Numbered from the stretch's first letter, positions 9,473-23,196 are shown. The stretch: 64,000 nt of DNA from Eledone cirrhosa (GCA_964016885.1 OZ024752.1:47430001-47494000); one strand, 5' to 3'. Program-made: numbers and translations. The notes: generated by a model from the letters alone, not told the origin.

Positions 9473-12400
9473 TATGTGTGTGTCTGTCTGTGATGGTGTA
9501 TGTATGTATGTGTATGTGTGTGTGTATGTCAGTGTATGTGTGTGTCTGTCTGTGATGGTGTGTGTATGTATGTGTATGTGTGTGTATGTATGTGTATGTG
9601 TGTGTCTGTCTGTGATGGTGTGTGTATGTGTGTGTATGTCAGTGTATGTGTGTGTCTGTCTGTGATGGTGTGTGTATGTATGTGTATGTGTGTGTATGTC
9701 AGTGTATGTGTGTGTCTGTCTGTGATGGTATGTGTATGTATGTGTATGTGTGTGTCTATGTCAGTGTATGTGTGTGTCTCTCTGTGATGGTGTGTGTATG
9801 TATGTGCATGTGTGCCTGTGTATGTCAGTGTATGTATGTGTATGTGTGTGCCTGTGTATATATGTGTATGTCAGTGTATGTATGTGTCTGTCAGTGATGG
9901 TGTGTGTTTATGTCTGTGTGTATGTATGTGTATGTGTGTCTGTGTATGTATGTCTGTGTATGTATGTCTGTTAGTGATGGTGTGTGTATGCCAGTGTATG
10001 TATGCCTGTGTATGTATGTGTCTGTCAGTGACAGTGTATGTATGTGTCTGTATGCGTATATCCGTGTATGTATATGTATGTATGTGTATATCTGTGTATG
10101 TCTGTGTATGTGTATGTATGATTATGTCTGTGTATGTCTGTGTGTGTATGTGTATGTCTGTGTATGTATATATCTGTGTATGTCTGTATGTGTATGTATG
10201 TATGTGTATATGTATGTCTGTGTATGTATATATCTGTGTATGTCTGTGTATATATGTGTATGTCTGTGTATGTATGTGTATGTATATGTGTATATCTGTG
10301 TATGTATGTGTATATCTATGTATGTCTGTGTATGTATATGTATGTGTATGTATGTTTATGTGTATATCTGTGTATGTATGTGTATGTGTATGTATGTGTA
10401 TGTCTGTGTATGTATGTATATGTATGTGTATGTGTATATCTGTGTATGTCTGTGTATGTCTATATCCGTGTATGTCTGTGTATGTCTGTGTATATCTGTG
10501 TATATCTGTGTATGTATGTGTATGTCTATGTATGTGTATGTATGTGTATATCTGTGTATGTGTATATCTGTGTGTGTATGTGTATGTATGTATGTATGTA
10601 TGTATGTGTATGTATGTCTGTGTATGTAAGTGTATGTATGTGTATGTCTGTCTGTGTATGTGTATGTATGTATATGTATGTATGTGTATGTCTGTGCCTG
10701 TGTATGTGTATGTATGTATATGTATGTATGTGTATGTCTGTGTATGTATGTATGTGTATGTATGTATATGTATGTATGTTTATGTCTGTGTATGTGTGTG
10801 TCTGTGTATATGTATGTATGTGTGTGTATGTGTATGTATGTATATGTATGTGTATGTATGTGTATGTGTCTGTGTATATGTATGTATGTGTATATCTGTG
10901 TATGTGTATATCTGTGTATGTCTATGTTTGTCTGTGTATATATGTATGTGTATGTATGTATGTGTATGTGTATGTATGTGTATGTGTATGTGTATGTATG
11001 TATATGTATGTATATGTATGTATGTGTATGTGTCTGTGTATATGTATGTATGTGTATGTATATGTATGTATGTGTATGTATGTGTATGTGTATGTGTATA
11101 TATGTGTATGTGTCTGTGTATGTGTCTGTGTCTGTGTATGTGTATGTGTATGTGTCTGTGTATATGTATGTATGTGTATGTATATGTATGTATGTGTATG
11201 TATGTGTCTGTGTATGTGTCTGTGTATATGTATGTATGTATGTGTCTGTGTATATGTATGTATGTGTATGTGTCTATGTATATGTATGTATGTATGTGTC
11301 TGTGTGTATGTATGTATGTATGTGTCTGTGTATATGTATGTATGTGTATGTGTCTGTGTATATGTATGTATGTGTCTGTGTATATGTATGTATGTGTCTG
11401 TGTATATGTATGTATGTGTCTGTGTATATGTATGTATGTGTATGTATATGTATGTATATGTATGTCTGTGTATGTGTATGTGTCTGTGTATATGTATGTA
11501 TGTATATGTGTCTGTGTATATGTATGTATATGTATGTGTCTGTGTATATGTATGTATGTATATGTGTCTGTGTGTATGTATGTATGTGTATGTGTCTGTG
11601 TATATGTATGTATGTGTATGTGTCTGTGTATATGTATGTATGTGTATGTATATCTATGTATGTGTATGTGTCTGTGTATATGTATGTATGTGTATGTATG
11701 TGTATGTATGTGTATGTATGTATGTATATGTGTCTGTGTATATGTATGTATGTGTATGTATGTGTATGTATGTGTATGTATGTATGTATATGTGTCTGTG
11801 TATATGTATGTATGTGTATGTGTCTGTGTATATGTATGTATGTATGTGTCTGTGTATATGTATGTATGTATATGTGTCTGTGTATATGTATGTATGTGTA
11901 TGTGTCTGTGTATATGTATGTATGTGTATGTGTCTGTGTATATGTATATGTATGTATGTGTCTGTGTATATGTATGTATGTATATGTGTTTGTGTGTATG
12001 TATGTATGTGTATGTGTATGTGTATATGTATGTATGTGTATGTGTCTGTGTATATGTATGTATGTGTATGTATATCTATGTATGTGTATGTGTCTGTGTA
12101 TATGTATGTATGTGTATGTATGTGTATGTATGTGTATGTATGTATGTATATGTGTCTGTGTATATGTATGTATGTGTATGTATGTGAGATATTTTCCCCT
12201 GTTTTAGTACGGCCCATTAGTTTGTATAATGTTAAGTGTATTCACTATTGATAATAATGTTTAATTAGTTAATTTTTATTTGTATATGGGTGCTGCTTCT
12301 GCTATCTATGTGTATATGTGTATATATGTATATATGTATGTGTGTATGTATGTATATATGTATGTCTGTGTGTATGTATGTATATATGTATGTCTGTGTG

Positions 12401-12800
12401 TATGTATGTATGTATGTATGTCTGTGTGTATGTATGTGTGTATGTATGTGTGTATGTATGTATGTGTGTATGTATATATGTATGTATGTATATGTATGGA
12501 TGTATGCATATGTGTGTCTGTGTGTTTGTATGTATGTCTGTATATATATATATATATATGTATGTGTATACATATATATATGTAGACACACACAAACATA
12601 TGTATGTATGTATGTATATATACATACATGTGTATATATGTGCAGACATGTTTGTATTTTCACATGCACACGTACACACATACACATATTGTCATACACA
12701 TACAGTCACAGATATACATTCATACGCACATACATACCCACATATGCAAACCGACCCACATATACACATACATACCCACATACACAAAAATACACATACA
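9473..12800. repeat. TG/TATG compound microsatellite field
   Basis: TGTA/TGTG/TCTG reiterations with a short unique gap at 12186-12303; source of the C/V/M/Y ORFs. Confidence 0.95.
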
Positions 12801-12820
12801 CAGACATACACACACACATG

Positions 12821-13470
12821 CATAGGAAGACATACACACATACATAGGAAGACATACACATACATAGGAAGACATACACACATACATAGGAAGACATACA
12901 CACATACATAGGAAGACATACACACATACATAGGAAGACATACACACATACATAGGAAGACATACACATATACATAGGAAGACATACACATACATAGGAA
13001 GACATACACATATACATAGGAAGACATACACATACATAGGAAGACATACACACATACATAGGAAGACATACACACATACATAGGAAGACATACACATATA
13101 CATAGGAAGACATACACATACATAGGAAGACATACACACATACATAGGAAGACATACACATATACATAGGAAGACATACACATACATAGGAAGACATACA
13201 CACATACATAGGAAGACATACACATATACATAGGAAGACATACACATATACATAGGAAGACATACACACATACATAGGAAGACATACACACATACATAGG
13301 AAGACATACACATATACATAGGAAGACATACACACATACATAGGAAGACATACACACATGCATAGAAAGACATACACACATGCATAGGAAGACATACACA
13401 CATGCATAGGAAGACATACACACATGCATAGGAAGACATACACACATACATAGGAAGACATACACACATA
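12821..13470. repeat. 20-22-bp minisatellite
   Basis: Unit CATAGGAAGACATACACA(CA)TA, about 30 copies. Confidence 0.95.
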
Positions 13471-13736
13471 CATACACAGAAGTAAAAAATTATAAGAAAA
13501 GAGAAACCAAAATTTTAGACGATAAACCAGTGTTAAGTTTTTTACGAAAAGATAATTCAAATATATTATTTTTAAATATTTAAAGAGACTTTTAAATCAT
13601 CGTGGCTTAGTGTATTGGACTTATGAATGTAAGTCAGTGGATTCAAATCCTGAGATTGATAAAACACAGTGTTAAGTTTTTTAAGTAAAGAAAATTGAAA
13701 TATATATTTTAAAATTAGGTAGTAACATGTGCTTAA

Positions 13737-13956
13737 CCCTTTAGCATTCACATTATTTTGTATATACTATTGTATTTTCATGGTAAAAGCTTTACCTCAC
13801 ATAATTATCTCACATAATATCGAATCTATGAGATTTTGAAAGTATTTATTTTGAGAACAATACCTTAACATAAGTTTGAGTGACCAGTTACAGCCAGTTT
13901 CAACAGAAAGAGGTAGAGAATTCTGGCCAGTTTTGGCCGGTTTGAACACTTAAGGG
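13737..13956 (+). mobile_element. piggyBac-type TTAA MITE, intact single-unit copy
   Basis: TTAA|CCCTTTAGCATTCA ... TGAACACTTAAGGG|TTAA. Confidence 0.85.
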
Positions 13957-14089
13957 TTAAGCTGTATTTGACTAAATAGAATTAGTTTGTTGGTTTGAAT
14001 TTAAAAAAAAAACCCTCTGAATAAAGGATGAGTATTGATGTACTTGGAACACGAACCCACATCTTTGGTTTGCCGGACCAATGTGTTAC

Positions 14090-14760
14090 CATTTGGCCAT
14101 ATCCGGCCAGAATTCTCTCAGAATTCTTTCTGATCAAACTGGCTGTAACTGGCCACTCATACTGATGTTAAGGTATTGTTCTCAAAATAAATAATATTAA
14201 AATCTCATAGATTCAATATTATGTGAGCAGGGGCCTCATTTGCCTTAAAATGTGAGGGGGACAAACCAACATTTGTTGATTCTTAAAGGAGCATAAATTG
14301 CTTATGGTGCCTTACCCGGACCCTATCACATAAGTAAAATGTTACGCTAATTAAATTTTATATATTCAAATAAAGTTCAGATATAAAAAAATAAGCTTAA
14401 AAAGAATTTATTATATCAAATAAACACAAAATAAAATATAGACGTTTGAAAAAGTGGGAGGAACTTGTCCCCTGGCACCCCCCTGAAGCAGGTAAAGCCT
14501 TTACTTTCAAAATATAATATTAAATATAGAATTATGTAAATACTAAAGGGTTAAAAGCAACCAGTTTTATATCATAAACCAGGTGGTTTGGTATCAAAAG
14601 GGTTAAATTATAAAAAATAAAATTTTTTTTCTCAAAATAAATAATATCAAAATCTCATAGATTCTATATTATGTGAGATATCAAATAATTATGTGAAATA
14701 AAGCCTCTACCATGAAAATACAATAATATATATCGATTAATGTAAACACTAAAGGGTTAA
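14090..14760 (-). mobile_element. two inverted TTAA-MITE copies, the first interrupted by a CAGGGGC-starting insert
   Basis: MITE homology at 14093-14227, 14490-14554 and 14627-14760; insert 14228-14488 begins CAGGGGCC and ends in a GTGGGAGGAACTTGTCCCC motif (hAT-like). Confidence 0.7.
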
Positions 14761-15081
14761 AGAGACTTTTAATTCTTAGAGGTTATGATTGTAAGTCAGT
14801 GGGTTCAAATCCTCAGATTACTAGCACATAGTATTTTTTTTTTAGTAAAATGCTTTATTTTCTGCTGTTTCTTCTACCAGGTGCTGTGACTTACAGATAG
14901 TATCACTAATGGAAAGACCAATAGAAACATTGTTTACTTAGTTCAATCTCACAATTGGTTCTTTTCCTTTATTATTCTTAGCCAATTACTGGAGTAATGA
15001 GAATGCAAAGCAAAAAAATTCTAGATTCATCATCATCAAAAACACCACCACCATCACTACGAATATCACCATCAACACCAT

Positions 15082-15133
<52 letters not shown>

Positions 15134-15500
15134 AAAATATAAATCATGCTAATCTCCATTGAAGATGTAGAGTAGAGAAGAAGTTTGTTGAATGGTGCAT
15201 GGATGTGGAATATAGATGTCTTTGGGCAAACTAAATACCAGACAATCTTTTATCTCGACAACTCAACAACTGGTCTGAGATGAAGGTTAGAAGTAATTAT
15301 TACAAAGAACTCTTCTTCCCCTCCTGGGGCAACCTATGCCATCACTAAATTATTCTTTTTTGGAAGAGTCAAGAAGCTAAATGTGTTATTTAAAAACCAT
15401 CAAAACAAGTTTTTAGCTGTTGTTGTTGTTATTGTTGTTATATTTGAAATGTTTTAACTAAATTCCACAAAATATTTTGTGTTATTCAGTTACAGATCTT

Positions 15501-15762
15501 TATGTTCAATTTAAGCAGAGGTCAACTATGTTCAATTTAAGCAGAGGTCAACTATGTTCAATTTAAGCAGAGGTCAACTATGTTCAATTTAAGCAGAGGT
15601 CAACTTTGTTCAATTTAAGCAGAGGTCAACTATGTTCAATTTAAGCAGAGGTCAACTATGTTCAGTTTAAGCAGAGGTCAACTATGTTCAATTTAAGCAG
15701 AGGTCAACTATGTTCAGTTTAAGCAGAGGTCAACTATGTTCAATTTAAGCAGAGGTCAACTT
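15501..15762 (+). repeat. 26-bp minisatellite x10 inside a decayed SINE
   Basis: Unit TATGTTCAATTTAAGCAGAGGTCAAC, running on into TTTGCCATTCCTCCTCGGATCAATAAAA (Nin-like core). Confidence 0.9.
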
Positions 15763-15989
15763 TGCCATTCCTCCTCGGATCAATAAAAAAGAACGCTTTT
15801 CCCCTCTCCAGGTGTATCGTTTTTGTCATATCATCAGCATGACAACTTTACAGGGTGGACTGGGTGCTTTATTATTGAGGTACCAGCACAACACACACAC
15901 ACATACACACACAGGGCTTCTGCAGTTTCAGCTTACCAACTTCCACTCAGAAGGGATCGCTCAAGTTGAAGGTATAGGAGAAAACAATT

Positions 15990-16370
15990 GGTCAAGACCT
16001 GTACAGTTATATTGAACCTAGAACTATCTAGATATAGTATGACCTCCCTAACTCTACAGCCATGTCTACATCTTGTTATAGAAGACCCTTGGTCAAGATA
16101 CTGTACAGTTATATTGAACCTAGAACTATCTAGATATAGAATGACCTCCCTAACTCTACAGCCATGTCTACATCTTGTTATAGAAGACCCATGGTCAAGA
16201 TACTGTACAGTTATATTGAACATAGAACTATCTAGATATAGAATGACCTCCCTAACTCTACAGACATGTCTACATCTTGTTATAGAAGACCCATGGTCAA
16301 GATACTGTACAGTTATATTGAACCTAGAACTATCTAGATATAGAATGACCTCCCTAACACTACAGACATG
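15990..16370. repeat. 102-bp tandem repeat x3.7 from a minus-strand SINE head
   Basis: Unit starts TGGTCAAGATACTGTACAG at 16090, 16192 and 16294. Confidence 0.9.
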
Positions 16371-16553
16371 TGGTGGATTGGCAGTATCGGTAGAGGGTCG
16401 GACGCCATGCTTTCCAGCATAGTAACGTCCTTTTACGATCTGAGTTCAAATCCCGCCGAGGTTGACTTTGCCTTTCATCCTTACGGGGTCGATAAAATAA
16501 AGTACCAGTAATGCACTGGGTAATTGCTGGCCTTGTGCCTAAAGTAGAAACAG
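16371..16553 (+). mobile_element. young Nin/Deu-type SINE
   Basis: Full-length copy of the 8625 family. Confidence 0.85.
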
Positions 16554-16659
16554 TTATATATATAGAAGACAGTTGACATTCCTTCTTTACTAAAGTAAAT
16601 TTTACTATTGTTTCATCCTTTGTTGTTACTATTGGTTTTTTTGTGGTTGTAAATGTTGG

Positions 16660-18170
16660 TTGTTTGTTTTTATTGTTGTTGTAGCAGCTGCTACTATTGC
16701 TGTTGTTGTTACTGTTGTTGTTGTTATTGTTGCTACTGTTACTAGTGCTGTTGTTGTTGTTGTTGTAGCAGCTGTTACTATTGCTGTTGTTGTTGTTACT
16801 GTTACTATTGCTGCTGTTGTTGTTACTGTTGTTGTTGTTGCTGTTATTGTTATTACTGTTGCTGTTATTGTTGTTACTGTTACTAGTGCTGCTGTTGTTG
16901 TTGTTGTTGTTGGTATTACTGTTACTGTTGTTGTTGTTGTTGTTACTGTTAGTTATTGTTGTTGTTACTGTTACTAGTGTTTCTGCTGTTGTTGTTTTTG
17001 TTACTGTTATCGTTGCTATTGTTGTTGTTGTTGCAGTTATAGTTCTTGTTGATGCTGTTCTTGGTATTGTTGTTGTTGTGGTGGTGGTTATTGTCATCCA
17101 TGTTGTTGTTGTTGTAGTGGCTGTTGTTATAGCTGTTATTGTTACTGTTGTTATTGTTGGTGTTGTTGTTGTTGTTTTAGCTATTATTGATGCTGTTATT
17201 TTTGCTATTGTCTCCCTTGTTGCTGTTATTGTTGCTTTTGTTGTTGCTACTATTGTTGCTGCTGTTGTTGTTGTTGTTGTTGCTGTTATTATTGCTGCTG
17301 TTGGTGTAGTTATTATTGCTGTTGTTGTTGTTGTTGTTGTTGTTATTATTGCTGTTGTTGCTGTTATTGCTGCTGCTGTTGTTGTTATTGCTGCTGTTGC
17401 TGGTGTTATTGCTGCTGCTGTTGTTGTTATTGCTGCTGTTGGTGTAGTTATTATTGCTGCTGTTGTTGTTATTGCTGCTGTTGTTGTTGTTGTAGAGATC
17501 AATATCAGGAAATTAACATTAGTTCATTACCATTTCAGAAGGTGAGAAACAATTTCTATCTAATTGCACAGAAGTGATATTTGCAGCAATTTGAAAACAC
17601 TGCACACCCCTCCAGCCCTGCATCTACCGCTACACCAATCCAGACCCCTCCAACTCCCCCTACACCAATCCACACACCTCCAACTCCCCCTACACCAATC
17701 CAGACCCCTCCAACTCCCCCTACACCAATCCACACACCTCCAACTACCCCTACACCAATCCACACCCTTCCCCAATATCATTTACCTCATACCTGCCAAA
17801 TACCAGCACCAACAGCACCACCACTACCACCACCACCACCAACAACACCACTACCACTACCAGCACCACCACCACCAACACCACCACCATCACCACAAAC
17901 AGCACCACCACTACCACCACCACCACCATCACCACCAACAGCACCACTACCACTACCAGCACCAACAACACCACTACCACCTCCAGCACCACCACCACCA
18001 CTACCACCACCATCACCACAAACAGCACCACTACCACCACCACTATCACCACCAACAGCACCACTACCAACACAACCACCACCACATTCACCACCAGCCC
18101 CCCCCCCATGGCCACCAATTGACATCTTTCCCACCCGTGCACACCACCACCACCACCACCACCACCCATA
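16660..18170. repeat. (TTG/CTG)n, a 30-bp C-rich repeat and (CAC)n tracts
   Basis: TTG-rich 16660-17493; CCTACACCAATCCASACMCCTCCAACTCCC x4-5 at 17630-17768; CAC-rich 17800-18170. Confidence 0.9.
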
Positions 18171-18268
18171 CCATACTTACTAAGTGCTACCTTAAAGAAA
18201 ACCCCTTCTTTTCTACTATACATTGTGTATTGTGTGCATTTCAAACACACACATATATTTATACATCC

Positions 18269-18270
<2 letters not shown>

Positions 18271-18306
<36 letters not shown>

Positions 18307-18397
18307 TTATATATATACACACACACACATATATATATATATACACATATATGTGTGTGTATACATACATATAAGTCTATATATGAGTGTATCGAAC

Positions 18398-18476
<79 letters not shown>

Positions 18477-18481
18477 CATAC

Positions 18482-18532
<51 letters not shown>

Positions 18533-18542
18533 CACACATATA

Positions 18543-18602
<60 letters not shown>

Positions 18603-18641
18603 CGTATATATATATATACATACATATATATATACATATAC

Positions 18642-18684
<43 letters not shown>

Positions 18685-18757
18685 CATATATATATATATA
18701 TGTACATATATATATATATATATATATATACATCTATATATACATATATATATATGC

Positions 18758-18790
<33 letters not shown>

Positions 18791-18814
18791 CATATATATA
18801 TGTACACACACTCA

Positions 18815-18853
<39 letters not shown>
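18271..18853. repeat. (TA)n microsatellite
   Basis: Interrupted TA run. Confidence 0.95.
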
Positions 18854-18855
<2 letters not shown>

Positions 18856-19209
18856 GACAGACTTCCTCAAAATTGACTGATATTATATTATCTTTTCCTT
18901 GTTTGTTTTCTTTTGTTTTTTTTGTTGATTTTTTTTTTGCTTTGTTAATTAAAAAAATTTAATTGATTAATTTGTTATTTATTTATTTATTTCCTTTTTT
19001 TTGTTTGTGTTTTAATTTTAATTGTTTTCATTTGTTAAGTTTTTGGTTTGGTTTGGTAAAATAACAAAAATACGGAAGAGAAAAGAACGGAATTTGAGGA
19101 AATACAAAAACAACAGAACTTTGGTAGAATTGTGATGGAAACACAACAGAATGACGTGTAACATCTTGGAGAAATCTTGTTGTTAGTGTTATTATTATTA
19201 TTGTTAGAA

Positions 19210-19932
19210 AGGGCGGTGGATTGGCAGTATCGGTAGAGGGTCGGACACCATGCTCTACAGCAAAGAGTTACGGCCCTTTACGATCTGAGTTCAAATCCTG
19301 CCGAGGTTAACTTTGTCTTTCATCCTTACGGGGGTCGATAAAATAAAGTACCAGTCACGCAACGGGGTCGATTTAATCGACTTTCCCCTCCCCCAAATTA
19401 CTGGCCTTGTGCCTAAAGTAAAAATCATTATACGTCCCTTTACGATCTGAGTTCAAATCCCGCCGAGGTTAACTTTGCTTTTCATCCTTACGGGGTCGAT
19501 AAAATAAAGTACCAGTAATGCACTGGGTAATTGCTGGCCTTGTGCCTAAAGTAAAAATCATTATTATCGTTATCATCATCATCATCATTATCCTTTGTAA
19601 TTATTCAGTTCTGGCCCTTTATGTCCTGCAGAGATTAGCTTTGCCTTTCATCCTTACGGGGGTCAATAAAATAAAGTACCAGTAATGCACTGGGCTCAAT
19701 TTAATCGACCCCCCCCCCCAATCGCTGCCTAAAGTAGAAATCATTATCATCATCATCATCATTTGTAATTCTGAGTTCAAACCCCTCCGAGGTCAACTTT
19801 GGCTTCAATCCTTCTTGGGTGGGTGGGGTGGGGGCGGTCAATAAAATAAAGTACCAGTCAAGTACTGGGGTTGATGCAACTAATTTATCCCTAGAGATAA
19901 CATTGCTGGCCTTGCGCCTATGTTTGAAATTA
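19210..19932 (+). mobile_element. cluster of four Nin/Deu-type SINE copies
   Basis: Copies at about 19210-19430, 19431-19563, 19595-19745 and 19768-19932. Confidence 0.8.
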
Positions 19933-20008
19933 TTTTGCTAGCATGGAAGAGAGACGTTAAACAATGATGATGATGATGACGATGATGGATTGGCAGTATT
20001 TGTAGAGC

Positions 20009-20867
20009 GTCGGACAACAAGCTTTGCGGTGTATAATTGTCGGACAACAAGCTTTGCGGTGTATAATTGTCAGACAACAAGCTTTGCGGTGTATAATTGT
20101 CTGACAACAAGCTTTGCGGTGTATAATTGTCTGACAACAAGCTTTGCGGTGTATAATTGTCTGACAACAAGCTTTGCGGTGTATAATTGTCTGACAACAA
20201 GCTTTGCGGTGTATAATTGTCTGACAACAAGCTTTGCGGTGTATAATTGTCTGACAACAAGCTTTGCGGTGTATAATTGTCGGACAACAAGTTTTGCGGT
20301 GTATAATTGTCGGACAACAAGCTTTGCGGTGTATAATTGTCTGACAACAAGCTTTGCGGTGTATAATTGTCAGACAACAAGCTTTGCGGTATATAATTGT
20401 CGGACAACAAGCTTTGCGGTGTATAATTGTCTGACAACAAGCTTTGCAGTGTATAATTGTCTGACAACAAGCTTTGCGGTGTATAATTGTCGGACAACAA
20501 GCTTTGCGGTGTATAATTGTCGGACAACAAGCTTTGCGGTGTATAATTGTCTGACAACAAGCTTTGCGGTGTATAATTGTCAGACAACAAGCTTTGCGGT
20601 ATATAATTGTCGGACAACAAGCTTTGCGGTATATAATTGTCGGACAACAAGCTTTGCGGTGTATAATTGTCTGACAACAAGCTTTGCGGTGTATAATTGT
20701 CGGACAACAAGCTTTGCGGTGTATAATTGTCGGACAACAAGCTTTGCGGTGTATAATTGTCGGACAACAAGCTTTGCGGTATATAATTGTCTGACAACAA
20801 GCTTTGCGGTGTATAATTGTCGGACAACAAGCTTTGCGGTGTATAATTGTCAGACAACAAGCTTTGC
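20009..20867 (+). repeat. 30-bp minisatellite x~28 inside a SINE
   Basis: Unit GTC(G/T/A)GACAACAAGCTTTGCGGTGTATAATT, between a SINE head (GGATTGGCAGTATTTGTAGAGC) and a SINE core (CACCCTTACAAGGTCAATAGAATAAAGTACCAG). Confidence 0.95.
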
Positions 20868-20951
20868 CTGCCACCCTTACAAGGTCAATAGAATAAAGTA
20901 CCAGTTAAGTACTGGAGCAGGCAGCGCATGAGACCCTCATTTGCTTAGAAT

Positions 20952-22271
20952 AGTGAGAGATGGGGAGAGCGAGAGAGACGGAGGCAGTGACTGTGGGAGA
21001 TGGGGAGAGCGAGAGAGACGGAAGCAGTGACAGTGAGAGATGGGGAGAGCAAGAGAGATGGAGGCAATGACAGTGGGAGATGTGGAGAGTGAGAGAGATG
21101 GAGGCAGTGACAGTGAGAGATGGGGAGAGCGAGAGAGATGGAGGCAGTGACAGTGAGAGATGGGGAGAGCGAGAGAGACGGAGGCAGTGACTGTGGGAGA
21201 TGGGGAGAGTGAGAGAGATGGAGGCAGTGACAGTGGGAGATGGGGAGAGTGAGAGAGATGGAGGCAGTGACAGTGAGAGATGGGGAGAGCGAGAGAGACG
21301 GAGGCAGTGACTGTGGGAGATGGGGAGAGTGAGAGAGATGGAGGCAGTGACAGTGAGAGATGGGGAGAGCGAGAGAGACGGAGGCAGTGACTGTGGGAGA
21401 TGGGGAGAGTGAGAGAGATGGAGGCAGTGACAGTGGGAGATGGGGAGAGTGAGAGAGATGGAGGCAGTGACAGTGAGAGATGGGGAGAGCGAGAGAGATG
21501 GAGGCAGTGACTGTGGGAGATGGGGAGAGTGAGAGAGATGGAGGCAGTGACTGTGGGAGATGGGGAGAGCGAGAGAGACGGAGGCAGTGACTGTGGGAGA
21601 TGGGGAGAGCAAGAGAGATGGAGGCAATGACAGTGGGAGATGTGGAGAGCGAGAGAGACGGAGGCAGTGACTGTGGGAGATGGGGAGAGCGAGAGAGACG
21701 GAAGCAGTGACAGTGAGAGATGGGGAGAGCGACGGAGGCAGTGACTGTGGGAGATGGGGAGAGCGAGAGAGATGGAGGCAGTGACAGTGAGAGATGGGGA
21801 GAGCGAGAGAGACAGAGGCAGTGACTGTGGGAGATGGGGAGAGCGAGAGAGACGCAGGCAGTGACTGTGGGAGATGGGGAGAGCGAGAGAGACGGAGGCA
21901 GTGACAGTGAGAGATGGGGAGAGCGAGAGAGACGGAGGCAGTGACTGTGGGAGTTGGGGAGAGCGAGAGAGACGGAGGCAGTGACAGTGAGAGATGGGGA
22001 GAGCGAGAGAGACGGAGGCAGTGACTGTGGGAGATGGGGAGAGCGAGAGAGACGGAGGCAGTGACTGTGGGAGATGGGGAGAGCGAGTGAGACGGAGGCA
22101 GTGACTGTGGGAGTTGGGGAGAGCGAGAGAGACGGAGGCAGTGACAGTGAGAGATGGGGAGAGCGAGAGAGACGGAGGCAGTGACAGTGAGAGATGGGGA
22201 GAGCGAGAGAGACAGAGGCAGTGACTGTGGGAGATGGGGAGAGCGAGAGAGACGGAGGCAGTGACAGTGGG
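20952..22271. repeat. 40-bp purine-rich minisatellite x~33
   Basis: Unit GAGATGGGGAGAGCGAGAGAGACGGAGGCAGTGACTGTGG. Confidence 0.95.
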
Positions 22272-22970
22272 AATTTGATTCTATTATGTTTAGACCTTGT
22301 TAGGAATTTTTTTATTTAATGCTTGCTTATCATGAATCTTCCTTTGGGTTGAATTCATATAATCTACTGTTCCCTCTCCACCCCTCCTCATAAATTACTG
22401 ATCTTAGAAAGGGTTTTATAAAAGATTGCTCTATTACGAGAATGCAAGTGATAGCCTATGGTGAGGGTTTACCACATATAATAAGTACTGCAGCTGTAAA
22501 CTTCTGACTCTAATCAGTTTGTGATTTAAGAAGAAAATATATATATAATCATTAAAATAATTTTGTTTACCTTTTATATTAATGTAAAACATTTGCAGGT
22601 GCATATTTTAAAACTCTGCTGTTTAAAACACAAAAATCTGAAAAGTGTTTTTTTTATTTTTAAATGCATGATAAAAAATAATTACCATGGAGATGTGAGT
22701 GTTAAAAACCTCTGCTTAAATGAATAAGTGACAAATTCTGGTTTCTTGTCAAGTTAAAATTGTTACGTAGAGTTTTTAGTGTAGCTTAAAGCCTACTTAG
22801 CCCTAATTAAACAGGATTGTGATCAAAGGCATTCCAACCACGACACTCCCAACTTTGTTTCTCAGGTATAGTGTACCTGGACTACATTAACCAATGTGTC
22901 CCTATCTTTTTTAAAGACAATGATATGTGTATATATACATACATAGACACACACACACACACCCATATAT

Positions 22971-23165
22971 ATAGGAAAAGGTATGACCCCGACGGCAGAG
23001 CTCTAGCCGTTTCGACGGCTATTTCTGGACTAGAAATAACCGTCGAAACGGCTTGAGCTCTGCCGTCGGGGGTCATACCTTTTCCTATTACCCACTCTAC
23101 TACCCTAAGTATTGAGTACTCTGGTGCGTTATGGTCCACTTGGTTCCTTACCACAACTCCTTCGT

Positions 23166-23166
<1 letters not shown>
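22971..23166 (+). mobile_element. fold-back PLE pLTR-like element in (TA)n
   Basis: Arms 22971-23026 and 23032-23088 around GGACT; CCGTC-GAAA-CGGC half-hammerhead; tail 23089-23166; second copy at 45383-45585. Confidence 0.6.

Positions 23167-23196
<30 letters not shown>

Noticed and set aside
14850-14945. Strong-looking + strand splice acceptor TTTCTTCTACCAG
   Set aside because: Lies within a decayed CORE-type SINE; all frames close within about 60 nt
20009-20867. CRISPR array
   Set aside because: Head-to-tail 30-mers without unique spacers, no cas genes, eukaryotic context, SINE-derived
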